Source of the DNA: Eledone cirrhosa
Taxonomy: Eukaryota
Reading direction: 5' to 3'
DNA: 64,000 nucleotides
Assembly (NCBI GenBank): GCA_964016885.1
Contig: OZ024740.1
Location: 123,876,001 to 123,940,000 of the forward strand
Shown piece by piece: positions 25,002-37,979 of this stretch. Numbering within the stretch: the first letter of the stretch is position 1; every line of letters begins with the position of its first letter. The position numbers and the translations under genes are program-made. The notes under the pieces are model-generated. The model searched no databases, had not been told where the DNA came from, and saw only the letters and a program-made list of their open reading frames with translations.

Positions 25002-27070
25002 TTAATCTAAGTAGGAATTGGCTGATAAGATTTTTGAGGTTATTACACCCCCCTCAATTACCACATAGTCCCAACATGCATCCAAGATATCATTCCAGTG
25101 CCCCGCTAACAGTAAAGAGTGAGACATTCCCAGGAAAGACTCTAGGTGCTTAAAGAACTCCGTTCTTGATGTCCCAGTCAGGGCATAAATGGCCACCAGT
25201 CTCGAAGCTCCACTTTCACTACCATTCATATCTAGTACCACCAACTTGCCCTCCGTGTTCAAAAGATTGTCTGCATCTCAGGGTCCAGGTTTTTCTGAAA
25301 CAGTACAGCAACTCTCCCTCCACCTCCCAGCTGAAAAAGAGATGCATAGATCTCAAAGTCATTGAGTATGGGAGTTAACTGCTGTTTGTCAGGAATCCTG
25401 AATTTGCTGATGGCTATCACATCTATACAGTGTGACCTGAGGTCATTTAAAAGGTGGCCCTGTTTCCAGGACATCCCCAGGCAACGCACATTCAGACATT
25501 CCACTCATAAATTAGCCATGTGAGTTGAAAAAGTGTTGGGAGAAAAAAGGAACACTTATCTTTTTGTCTCCTTGAGGTCAGGTTGATCGACCTCCTTGTC
25601 CAGATTGGGGGTGCATGGGGAGCGAGGGAATCAATTCAGCAAGACGCGGTTAAGGGGAATTTGACAGGGGGGCCCCACATCATGTGGGAAGTTTTGTCTC
25701 ATGGTTTTGTATTGTAGGATTGTGACCCTGATTAGTTTCAGGTTTGTGGGTGGGTCATTGTTTGGGAAAGTTTTCCCTTCTGTTTGGATGGTGGGATCCA
25801 TAGTTTTCTATTCGTGGTTCTTATGTATGTGTAGTGTGTTTTGTTTTTCATCAGTAGTTTTTTTCGTGGTTGGGGTTTGTGAGTGTGGTGGTATGGGTGT
25901 TTATTTTGTTGGTGAAGTGTTTGGTTGTAGTGGTGTTGATTGTGTTGTTGGTGTGGTTATCGTTTGTAGTGATGTGTTCATGTCCTTGGTTGGTGTGTGC
26001 ATGCTTTCTGTAAATGTTGTTCTTTTTGTATTTTTTCTGTGTCTTTTTTGTTTCTTGGATTTTTGGGTTTTCCTCTTCATCCTCACTTGGAGATGTAGAG
26101 GTTCACATGTCTGAGACTTCTGAATTAGGGGTAGATGGGAGGTATATGTTGTTTGGTAGAGTGTTTGTGCAGGTGTTTGTGGAAGTATTTGACAGAGAGG
26201 GAGGAGGCAAGGGAAGGTTTTTCAGTGGGGTTTTGTGTGTATTGTGGTTTCTGGTCTGTGGTGGTGATGGAGTGAATGTTGGGAGATTTTGTGTTTTGCT
26301 TATTTGTGTTGTGTTTGGTTTCGGGAGATGATGTTGGGGTTTTGGTGTTGGAAGTAGCACCTTGTTTGCTCTTGGTTTGTTTAAGAGCGTGCAAAAGGCC
26401 TTTAAGTCTGTGCTTTTTCCACACTTATGGCACTGAGGCCTTTCCCCTTCCACTAAAACGGAGATAATATCCTCCTCATGGGTGATCCTGCCCAGGATTT
26501 TTCCAACTCTCTCTGGCCTCATTTGTACCAGAACCTTTATGCTGGTTCCAAACCAATTATTCTGGTCTGTCCTGTCTACAGATAGGAGGGTGTCCTCATC
26601 CTTCTTCAAGATGCAGCATAATATCCACCATGTGGTGACCTCTGCTGGGATTTGTGTTACTTTTATTTTATACATTCTTCTTCCCATGTATGTAGGGAAG
26701 AAGATTCTTTGACACGTTTTAATTGGATGAACCGAGTGCTTTTGAGCCAGGGTTTCACTTTTAAAGAACATTGATATACTCCCATATTGTCCATCTCTCT
26801 TAAATCGTTGAAACTGGTGGTGGTCTGAAATCTGATGAGCATATTTTAACATTTATGATCTCTCCTCATCTATTCTATTTCTTTCTTTCTTACTTCCTAT
26901 CAATTCTTTGAGTCAACTCACTTCGAGCTGCTGATTTCTGTCCTTTGAGTTAATGTTTTACCCAATGCCATTTCGATGGCATTTTGTTGTTTAAACAGCT
27001 TGCTTATGTCGAGCTTTTCAATTTTCCTACGAACTTTAATACACTTGCGTTTCAAAACTCGATATTCGAG
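25002..27070 (-). mobile_element. L1/Tx1-type LINE 5' part: ORF1 (zinc knuckle) and APE domain
   Basis: ORF 26103-26852 has VEGERPQCHKCGKSTDLKAFC (decayed CCHC); 25002-25504 has CLNVRCL, IDVIAI, GGGRVAVLF, LVAIYA, LLLAGHWN. Confidence 0.8.
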
Positions 27071-27179
27071 TTAATATTTTTTATACATATATATACTTAG
27101 TTACAATAGTGACATATATAAATACTTAAGTTTTGTTGGCTTATACACACCAACTAACTCATTCAGCCAGTTATATAAA

Positions 27180-28287
27180 ATAAAAATGACTACCTCAACA
27201 TGTTGATTTGTGGTTTTTTGAAAATACACAGGAGTTCTTCAAGGGCAGGTAAATAAACAAATCCTTAAATAATGTGAAGCGATGTAACTATAAAAAAGAA
27301 CTACAAAGGTGGTGTGTGTGTAATGTTAGTAATTCAAGGAAATTAAATTCCCTGAAACTAAAATCAGTTAGTCTGGTCTATACCCTTTTCTCAATGAATT
27401 TCACTTCATGTGTACAGCGACTAAAGCAGTTGAGGCAGGTATTTAAGTAGTGTTTCCCTGAAGCCAGTTGCAAGAGTATATTTTGCTTTTTTGAGTTACA
27501 TAGCCAGCAAAATTTCACTTAAGGGTGGATTTTTCTAATATACTCCATTTAATGGAAAATAGTGTGCTGTTATTTCTGAGGTTCCATGCATGGTTTGCAA
27601 GCTGAGTGGCATTTTTTTAATAGGATGTCTGAAGGTTGTTTCGCTTTTCAGCTACCAGCTTTTGAACCAGATCTCCGGCATTCAAACATAAGTCCAGGCT
27701 TCAGTTTGTTAGTTATGTTACTACCAAACTGAAGCCTGGACTTATGTTTGCTGGAGGTCAATTCTGCTTAATATATCACCTCTGGGGTGTTGTATTGTTG
27801 ATCAAGTGGGCATGTTCCTGGCCTTCTGCATGAGCATCCATAAGATGGAGGGCTACTGTGTTTGCCAGTGATGTATGCTTTAATGTTATTGGTACCAGAG
27901 TAGCCTATTTTCACTGTATGACGATTGAAAATATGTCGATATTTATGGCCTACAGTGAAGTGAAGATCTAGAAAGGATAGCAATTTTTTACCTACATTGG
28001 CCTTCACGTTAAGTGTGAATGGTGGTGCAAAACACACATCTTTATGCCAACGTTTTTTCTTTCTAGATGTAAGGCAGCGATCTGAAAAGTAAGTGATTCT
28101 TTTGGAAAAGCTGCTGTTGCTAAATGTTGAGTTGCAGTAGGGTTCTGCCCTATCAAAGATGGCTTCACTGGAAGAGAGGTTGGATACCCTCTTACTGATG
28201 TTATTAATAAGATTTTAAAAAAACTGTAGGTGGGTGGCTAGAGTCCTATATGAATTTACCTAAGTTTCTCACTGGGTTTGTGGAATA
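27180..28287 (-). mobile_element. Penelope-like element 3' fragment (thumb, linker, GIY-YIG; decayed)
   Basis: FAPPFTLNVKANVGKKLL..HIFNRHTVKIGYS, CSCRRPGTCPLD..VIY; downstream NATQLANHAWNL..IKWSIL. Confidence 0.85.
27683..27750. repeat. 68-nt hairpin with 26-bp perfect stem
   Basis: CAAACATAAGTCCAGGCTTCAGTTTG ... CAAACTGAAGCCTGGACTTATGTTTG. Confidence 0.95.
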
Positions 28288-31200
28288 CACACACACACAC
28301 ACATACACACCCATATATATATATATATACCATCATCATCATCATCATTTAACCTCCATTTTAAATGCTACCATGGGTTATATAACAGATGGACAAATGA
28401 AAACCTTTCTGAACATATAGTTGCTTCTATTGTTGCCATATTCTCTGTTATTAAAAGTTAGTCAAATTGTTTATTTAAAACAAGTTATCTACCATCAACT
28501 CCAAATACATGCTACAAGGAATTTTTCGTTTCTTAGTAACGTCAAACGTAACTAATGTACATTGACATGTCGTTATGGTGCTTGTAGTTGGTAGTTAGAG
28601 GAAACAGAATTTTATATCTTTTGACAGAATGAGGTTAGAATGAGGTATCATTGTCCTTTTTTATGAATGCACTGTTCGTGTTTGTGACCAGTAATTGTGT
28701 TTAGTATCAGCCAAACTGTCATGGTCAGAAAGAGATCAATGCTTAAGATGAACTATTAGTGAGTAGAAAGATATAGGGCATCTATTGTGTTCAAAGAAAA
28801 AAAAATTGAAACTAATATAAGCTTTATGTAATCAGGCCATGGAATTAAATCAAGTTATGGATCTTTCAAAAGGAAATTCAACATTAAAATGTTTAATACA
28901 AGTACTTACTGCACCAGTGTTTGCTATCCTTTCTTTGAATGTATGTTCTGTTCTATACGTCCAGAAAAACTAGGCATAGGCTATGAACTTTATGCCCCTC
29001 TTTCTTGATAACCAAACAAGAAATTAATGGAAATATCTGGGTACTTAACAAATTAGGAAATTTAAAGTAGAGCAAGTTAAAGCAGAACCATAAACATTGA
29101 AAATTGCTGTGTCTCTGTCAATAATGACTGTCTTTATATGGGAATATAAATTGATGCCATTGTTCTTGGTTAGAAGGTCATTTTCAGTGTAAGTTTAGAA
29201 TAATTGCCGATTCTAAACACCAATATCAACAACAACACAATGCCAACACAACCTAACTTAACATTGCCACCACCAACAACAACCGTTTACTCAATAAATA
29301 AATAAATTGCCAAAGTCTATCGTATACACATCTTAAATATTTGATTCAACCATAGAAAGTTCTTTTGCTTCTACATCCTTCCTTTCTTATTTACTCTTTT
29401 TCCTTTTACCTTACTTTCCTTATTTCTTCTTCTATTTTATCTTTGTTAAAGTTGTGTAGCAGTCATGCTTGTTTCTCTATTGCACAGATATATTACTTCT
29501 TTACCATTCTGTCTACTTGCAGACATTTGTCTTTGTACAGTTTCTTTCTATACAAAGAGAAATGGGTGGTATAGCATTTCTTCAATTAAAATTAAAGATC
29601 ACATGTCATGAAATTGAAACAATTATTTATAGGCATCACTTTGAAATGGTTTCGACTTGTAACATTTGCTTTATATAGGTGATGAAATGCCTATTACAGA
29701 CTTTTATTGATTAATTCTTTTCTGTTATGACTTTTCCTCTTTCATGTTTTCGAATCCTACTCCTACTTACTTGAAATGGAGTTCTTGTCACCCAGCAAAT
29801 GTTTTATGATATAAGGTTTAAGATCAACGTGGCATACATTTTGATGGTTCTCATAAAAATCTCTTCAAGAAATTATCTATATTTGGGTCTGTTTTACACT
29901 CAGTTTCATCAGCTTTTCATTTTAGTATATTTTTCCAAGTTACATTTCGGAGCAAAATAATTAATTCATTGATATTTTGGATCGTATTATTCAACATAAG
30001 TACTGTTGCACTGATGAGATTTTGGATACATTCCTTGCAAAGTTTTAAAAATAATCTTTGTTGATGCTTTTGATGCCATCATCATCATCATCATTTTTGT
30101 TTAATGGTCATCTTCCACGCTAGCATGGCTGTCCCTTTGTGAGAGATCACTCCCACCATGCTAGTTTGATAATAAAAGTCATTAGATAGAAAGCAGTGCA
30201 AAATTAAGACTTGTCAAAGAATGGATGAGCCCACCATATAGTCAATTAACATTTAACAATAGTTAGAGTAGATAAGTATTACTTTTTGATATTTCAAGAA
30301 GAGTGGCTCTAAGCAAGTTAGGTTTGCTTCCTCATACTAATAAAGCAAGACTAAATCTTTTTTTAAATATCAATTATTGCAGCAAAAGTTTGATGTTTTA
30401 CATATGTTATTTTGTGTATTCCAGATTAGGGCTGCAGTGTGCCTTGTCATGTATTTAGTATTATTGGCAAATTATAGTAAGGGGAACTTTGTATATGATC
30501 TAGAGTGCAATGTTACATTCTGTCCATTTACCCACCCATCCACCCATCCATACATACATAGATACATGATGATGGCTGCAACTCAGTTTCAAGTAATGCC
30601 ATTGCTTGATACTTAAGCATGAACATGGCAGATATGGCTTTTTAGTCTTGTTAGAGACTTGCCTATGGCATGCAATATCATGCATCGCAAAACATGTCAC
30701 AAGTAAAGCAACATGTGTTCTTGTAGTTTTTTAAAGTGAGGAAAAGCTTTGCAAAGGGCTAGTCATCTCTCTCTGAACATCGAATGCTTTGGCCCCTAAA
30801 GAAGAACTGGTCAACATCATACATACATACACTACCTCAGTACAAATCTTGAGAAACTGGGCTTCACAGAACCAGAAAGGGCATGGCTAGTTAGGAAGTT
30901 GCAAGTGCAGTCCATTAATTGTACTGTAGAAATATGTAAAACATTTCAGAAATCTGCATGTAATAACTGCATATGCACATGTATAGACACAGAAACATAT
31001 GCACATGCATACATATAACTCAAAACTTGCAGATCCATACATACAATAACATACATACGCATGCACACCCTAACACATACAGACATACATAAATATTTAC
31101 CTAGTTGATGTCTAAATTCCGATGAAATAGTTTGTGTCTATGTTATAAACCAGCTCTCTCTCTATTGGTGAACATTTATAAAATAATAGAACCAGAAGAG

Positions 31201-32840
31201 CATGCATACATACACACACATACATACATACATATAGAGAGATATACTTTCCTTCTCAGATGTAAATATATATGTGATCAGCAGTTAAGTGCATAACTCA
31301 GTATAGTAACAGATAGTAATGTCAATAATATAGTTTTTGTTTTTAAATACACACTGTACTTTGGGATTCAGCCCTTTTCTTTGTGTTTGCAAATCCATCT
31401 AATGTAAAATCCATCAGTCAGAGAGAGGACATTTTGAAGTCGATCAGTAAAAAAGTACTAAGATTAGAGATACAATCTTTGAGTACAAGAGGTTATGAAA
31501 TGATTCATCAACAGAACCTTTTAGCTGCTTTACAGCTTCTCTTGATTCCCATTCTTTCTTTTTTATGCTTTTTTTACCTCCAGTTGGCCTTCCCTATATA
31601 AATATTATTTCATTTTACTCTATTTTATGTTTAAATGTTATTCTTTATTTTTATATTCCTTTATAACACGTATATAACATGCATATTTTGTTTTTTGTAA
31701 GAAGTACTAGATACTTCCCCTAGCCTGTCATGGCTTACAAGCTCTATACATACATTTAAATTGATTCAATAAATATACACATAAATGAATAAATAAATAA
31801 ACAAAAGGACATTAAATGATGATGGTAGTGAAAACACACACAAACACACATATACTTACAAGCATATTCATACATAAATATATAAACACACACTGACACA
31901 TACATATAGTTATGACCACATATTAGTGTTTTGTTACATTATCTTTTCATATATATCTTCAAATAGCAATTATTTACAAGTTAAGTTTCACAGCCATTTA
32001 ACCATGCTTTTCTCCTCTAGACTCACTATTTACTGATGATTGAATACAAAGCTACCATTAAACACAATTACCAATAATTTAGACTGGAAACTATTAATGG
32101 TAACTTATACAATTTCCTGACTGCGCTTCCGAATATAAGAGTCTCTTTTCTAGATATAGGAATTTGAGCTTTATTCCTATCCTGGATTGGCTCAGAGCAA
32201 AAGATGAAAGTATCTTATAATCTGCTCTGTCCATTAATTATCAGTTGTTGTCTTCTCTTTATAAAGCAGAGCTGTATCACATGACAGCTGCACAATGCAC
32301 ACATATTAATGTATATTCACACACGCTAGAAACACACTTGCACACTTAAACTACCTATCAATATGTTCACACAGACACACCAGATATTTACACAGAAAGA
32401 AACATAATGCAGTCAAACAATATCAGATAATGGGGAAAACAAAACCAGCCGATAAACTGAACATATTTATATTTTCTCTGTACTTTGATTAATTTATTCC
32501 TCCAATCATCTTGAAGATGATATATTTTTACATTTATACACAATCATGATTTAACGCGTTTGTTACCAAACTGCCTGAAACCAGTTTTGGTTCCACAGTT
32601 CTAAACTGTTTATCTTATCTAAAAATCTGACATAATAATTTGTTAAATTATGTTCCCAACACTATCTAAATTATGAGAAAGTTAATTATTTCACTAAAGT
32701 TTATTAATGTAGTTATGAAAAGCAGGCATCTGTTGTGTGGTTAAAATATTGGACTATTGGTCACCTAGTTGTTTATGCTTAATATGAGGATTCATCCACG
32801 TCTTTCGATAGTGAGCATCCAGTTTTTCAGTCAATTAATG

Positions 32841-33322
32841 GTCTAATTCATAAATAAAGATGTAAAGTGGCTGAGTACTCCACAGACACATGAATTCTTA
32901 ATGTAATTCCAAACCTAAATCAGCATAAAAAAGTAGGTGACAAAAGTAGACCTTTAAATTAAAGGCACAATTCATCCAATGGCAATCTACACAGTATATC
33001 ATCATCATCATTTATTAACGACTATCTTCCATGCTAGTTTGGGTTAGACAGGTCCTATTTAGAGGCAAGTTATGTCGGGTGACCGTGTCTCGCTCATATA
33101 GGGGTGTTTCTGGCTGGTTTTCTACAGCTGGAAACACCCCTATGATGATGATGGTGATGATGGTATTCTGTGTAGATGGACATTGGATGAATTGTACCTT
33201 TAATTTAAAGGTCTACCTTTGTCACCTACTCTTTTATACTGATTTGGTTTTGGAATTACATTAAGAATTTCATGTGTCTTGGGAATACTCAGCCACTTTA
33301 CATCTTTATTTATGAATTAGAC
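32841..33322. repeat. About 170-bp imperfect inverted repeat around an RTE tail fragment
   Basis: 32841-33010 versus 33142-33322 reverse complement, including (CAT)n/(ATG)n. Confidence 0.85.
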
Positions 33323-33721
33323 ATAATGTGGTATATGTCTACCCTATTTCACAAAAATGGCTTTGGTTAACCTGAAGCAGATCCTCATGATTGCAAAATG
33401 AGCTTCTTAAACACTCAGCCATGCCTGCTTCAAGTACTGGACTACTGTCTGATGATACTTTAAACTCATTAATAAAGCTTCAGGGTCACTGAGGCAACAT
33501 CTTAATAAATATTTCTCCACCCCTCCGTGTTTGTGTGTGTATATATATATGGGGTGGGAGTATGATATATAAGCAATCATTTTCAAAGAGCCGGTACAAA
33601 GTGGTAGAAAAATACAAAGGGCAAATGATGACAAATAAAACAGAACAAAGTTATGCTTTACCCTGTAAATTTCAATATATTTCAGGACTATTACCCTCTT
33701 TATACTGAACTATTATATATA

Positions 33722-33993
33722 TATAAAAATAACATAAATAAAGATGCTGATTTTACATAAATCATTTAATCATTACATTTATTTCAACAGTGTTCCCATG
33801 CAATCAAGATGTCTTTCATGAATTTATTGTTGTTATGAAAACGGTATCCTCAGATGAAATCTGATTTAGTGATATGCTGCTGGCAGGAAAAAAAAAAACA
33901 CACGTCCTTTTGTTCATGCGTCTAACCGTTGAAATAATTATAATAGTTAAACAATTTATATAACATCAGCATCTTTATATATGTTATTTTTAT
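33722..33993. repeat. Degenerate inverted repeat, possible PLE terminus relic
   Basis: TATAAAAATAACATAAATAAAGATGCTGAT versus ATCAGCATCTTTATATATGTTATTTTTATA; minus-strand CTGAGGA near 33850. Confidence 0.6.
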
Positions 33994-34208
33994 ACTGAAT
34001 CTTCATCGTAACTACAAACTACGAATGTTGAGAGCTTTCTCCTGCTTGCTCCTGTTTTTACCAAAACAATCTCTTAGGAACATATATATATACATGCGAG
34101 TGAGGCATGGTCTCCCGACCATTCCCCTATCAAATGGAACAAAACCGTCTAACCCATGCTAGTGTGGAAGATAGACGTTAAATGATGATGATGATGATAT
34201 ATATATAT

Positions 34209-34243
<35 letters not shown>

Positions 34244-34299
34244 AACCCATGCTAGCGTGGAAGATGGACGTTAAATGATGATGATGATGATGATGATGA

Positions 34300-34910
34300 A
34301 ATAAATTAAGAGATGGCATCAAAATTTTAAAGTTGTATTTTGCATCATCTGCATCAAGAATTGGAGCTTATAATGATGCAACTTCAAATGTTTACACAAG
34401 TCATCATGTACTGTAACATGTCTGTAACTGTTGTGATGCAGTTTTTGTCAACTTGCATGGACTGTGAACAAAAGCCTAATCAATGCACTTGACATTTTCC
34501 TCAGACATTTGAGGTTACCCTACTCATTTTTTTTCTTGCCCTTAATGTCTTGTACCAAGCTCATATGGTTGTTCTTGATGAATGAGTTTTGTTGTAATTA
34601 ATTCTAAACCTTTGATTGACTTGTATGTCTGATCTAGTTTCCAAAAGCCATTCAACACACTATACTTTCTTCTGTGTATTCAGCTTTGATGGGCACACAA
34701 TGAATATGTGAAAAAAAAAAAGAAATACCAAACTTGGTACAAACTGTTGGTGTAAATGTCATAGACAGGCAGATTGGTACAAACAAAAAAGCTTTATACA
34801 GACAAAATTAAGTTTCACTGAAAAATGTGACAACACTGCAAATTATACACTTTGTAACTAACTACTAAAAACAGACAAAAGTTGCACAAATAATTTTTGA
34901 CACCCTATAT
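34300..34910 (-). mobile_element. Tc1/mariner-superfamily (DUF4817-type) transposon 5' half, decayed
   Basis: Terminus TATAGGGTGTCAAAAA; reverse translation PQMSEENVKCID.AFVHSPCKLTKTASQQL...LCKHLKLHHYKLQ resembles SEENVERVR..F.RSP.KS.R.AS..L...LHPYKIQ. Confidence 0.7.
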
Positions 34911-36229
34911 ACACATATATACTACATATACAATGGACTTCAGCAGTTTCCTTCTAAATTTCACTCACAAGGCATTGGTAAACCCAAGGCTTCATAGTGA
35001 AAGACCTTTGCCACACGATGTTACTGAACCTAGAAACAGGTAATTGTGAAGAGAATGTATAAACCTCACAGCCATGACTACTTTTTCAAGGAGAAAATTA
35101 AATATTGTATGATGCTTTATTCAGTAATTTACTGTTTCTGCCAACCTTCTGATTGCTACTGTTACCCTGAAACCTTGGACAACTTGCTTCATGGGCAAGT
35201 GGTCTGTGACCAAACTTGTCTGGTTAGGATGATAAACAAGAGCTCTTAAAAAGGTGAATGAACTCCTCAGGGTCAATGGTCATCAACCCCAACAATGGGT
35301 TAAATAGTGTCACCAACCTGAAATTGGCCAAGCATGGTGAGTATGGCTACACTCCTATCAAACCAAACAGAAATAAGTGAAGTTCAACCAGGGAGGGGTT
35401 CCTCTAACAGTAGTGAGAAAAACATGGATTGGATACATTGAAAACACCATTATAGTTAATATTTATCAGCCTAGTAACCATTTCAGAGAATATAGACATT
35501 TCTGATGACTCATAAATATAATTTTTAAAAATTGTTTTTAGCAAATTTTGAAATGCATTGAAATGCAAAATATTTATACAAAAATAGGTCAATGAGTCAA
35601 TGAAAAAAAAAAGGAAAAATAGCTCTGTTTTTATACAAAATGTAATTAGACATTATTCTTCTCCTTGTATGTCATGTGGTGAATGAAGCAGGCTTTACAT
35701 CATTCTCATGTATAAAATCATTGATTTAAGCCAAATATCCATGATAGCACTTTTCATCATAGACAAGCAAATCCTGAAGCAATTCGAAATTCTGTTATAG
35801 ATCATATGCTTTTGACACAAATATTCAGATGTTAACACAGAGATGATAAACTATTCTAGTATTATTTTCCTAATTATTGATATAGAATTAAATGAAACAA
35901 CAGCTGTTGTTCAGAAATATGCTTGTCATGCCTTTCAGGTATTTGTTTCACAAATGATATTAACATTTTTAGCAAAGCAATTCAAGAAAATAATAGTCTT
36001 CTCAACCAAGAATAACAAAACAAGTGAAAAGTGAAAACACCTTCCAGATTTTTAGTTTGATCTTAAAGTACAAAAGAAACTGTGTATATATATATATAAT
36101 ATATATACATCATCATCTTCATCATCATTTTATGTCCATTCTTCCACATTAGCATGGGTTATGCACATATGTATATATATATATATATATATATGAAGTA
36201 TTTTCATAGAAAAGGTAAAGGAAGGAAGA

Positions 36230-36493
36230 GTGCACTATGTATGGTACAGAGCTCTTTAATTATGTAATAAACAACACAATACAATTATTCCATTTACCAA
36301 GGGTTTCACGAAGACAGGCAACCTCAACAGAGGCGTCTGAAGTCGTTCATCAGAAAGGAAAATTTAATATGGATGTAAAATATTAAATTAAAAACAAAAG
36401 CTATTACAATTGAAAGCGAGGCTGAAATAAAATAAAAAAATAACGGGAAAAAATATATACACACAGATGCCGAACATAAGATTAGGGGGTTAA

Positions 36494-36544
<51 letters not shown>

Positions 36545-37375
36545 AAGAATAAAAGAGAAAACACAGGTAAGCATTAAAAAAGAATTTTATCCAGGTATTT
36601 ACGACCATTTCATTGGTAAGCGCAACCTTATAACGCTATACTGCAAATAGCAGCCATTTGATAATAACTGTTATTCACCTCCAAATTTTCAAAATAAGGA
36701 ATAAGTTACTTGTAAAAGGTTCTTAGTATATAAAAAACATTTTTTTTAAATCGTATTTACTAGTATAGAGAGAGAGGAAGGGGGAGAAGAATTAGGAAGT
36801 AGAGGGACAAACGGAGATGGAGGGAGGGATAAAGATGGAAGGATTCCTCAATCACTTTTGATTCGTAGACTTGATGTCGTCAATTTAGAGTGTAGGGAGT
36901 TAAAGGGAATGAACTTGTTCACAGCGGGAGGGAGAGAGAGAGAGCGAGGGGGATAGAGAGGTAAATATATATATAAAAAAGGGGGGAAGAGAAAAAAGAA
37001 TAAAAGAAAAGAGAACAAAAAAGGGAGAGAAGAAAAGAAGAAAACTAAAAACGAGAAAAGGAATGAAGGAGGAGAGACGGACATAGGTATTGGTTATTGT
37101 GGGTAATTAAAGGGGTTAGAATCAATAAGAGGGTAGAAAGTCTAAGTATATGCAGTTTGTCAAGTGGTAGAAGGAGGTTAAGAGTTCGATTTGTACTTGT
37201 AGTGCGAACATTTTTCTTTAAGACTATGGTTGCAATAAATTGATCTTTTGATTTTAGTGTTGAGTAACTTATTCTTCGAACTCAAAATGTGGTACAGTTC
37301 AAGGTCACATAACCGACAGCTTCTCATACCACTCCGATATGCGTTCGATAATTTCTTCCACGAACTCAATTACAA
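36230..37375 (-). mobile_element. PLE 3' remnant (GIY-YIG C-terminus, low-complexity UTR, HHR)
   Basis: ORF 37178-37369 SWKKLSNAYRSGMRSCRLCDLELYHIL...LLN...CNH; bounded by (TA)n. Confidence 0.7.
36288..36360 (-). ncRNA. Type-I hammerhead ribozyme, canonical core, extended stem II
   Basis: Reverse complement TTCCTTT-CTGATGA-ACGA...TCGT-GAAA-CCcttGG-TA-AATGGAA. Confidence 0.8.
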
Positions 37376-37408
37376 TAAGCAATTTTCTGCTTTCCTAACT
37401 ATATATAT

Positions 37409-37479
<71 letters not shown>

Positions 37480-37483
<4 letters not shown>

Positions 37484-37767
37484 GTGAGTTTTTTTTTACA
37501 AAATGAAAAATAACCGAGGTGTCCTACACGAGTGAAAGTATAAAAAAAAAGAGATGAAATCGAAAATGTAACTGGAGTCTTATTTTAAAAAAAAATATAT
37601 ATATTTATTTTTTCTCACATCTGTGATGTGAGAAAAACCACAGACCCTCCATCTCAACTCACCTTTTGAAAAGCAGAAGAACTGCGAAACCGGTAAAGGA
37701 ACCAAATAAATATATATATTTTTTTAAAAATAAGACTCCAGTTGCATTTTCGATTTCATCTCTTTTT

Positions 37768-37770
<3 letters not shown>
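37480..37770 (+). mobile_element. Non-coding inverted HHR cassette between (TA)n tracts
   Basis: About 37545-37608 is inverted relative to about 37705-37768; junction hairpin 37609-37637. Confidence 0.75.
37662..37699 (+). ncRNA. 38-nt minimal hammerhead, U3:A8 variant
   Basis: CCTT-TTGAAAA-GCAG aagaa CTGC-GAAA-CCGG-TA-AAGG; stems I and II perfect, stem III palindromic. Confidence 0.8.
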
Positions 37771-37847
<77 letters not shown>

Positions 37848-37979
37848 GTGTGTGTGTAGGAGGTGAGTTTTATTGTAACACAATAAAGCAATGCAAATAT
37901 CGGATAAGTAGCACTCCACACATTATAGGACTGGAGTATAAATAATATAAGATCAAAAGATGGTTAAAAGAGTTCCATG

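Noticed and set aside
26830-26845. CTGATGA words here and at about 30014, 32034, 33449 and 35502
   Set aside because: No flanking stem II, GAAA and UH arrangement found
27188-27250. Possible HHR relic at the 3' end of the 27-28 kb PLE
   Set aside because: TTGAAGA and CATG-TT are visible on the minus strand but GAAA and stem II are destroyed; not supportable
36597-36625. GAAA-TGGTCG-TA on the minus strand as a second HHR half
   Set aside because: No matching CTGANGA half found
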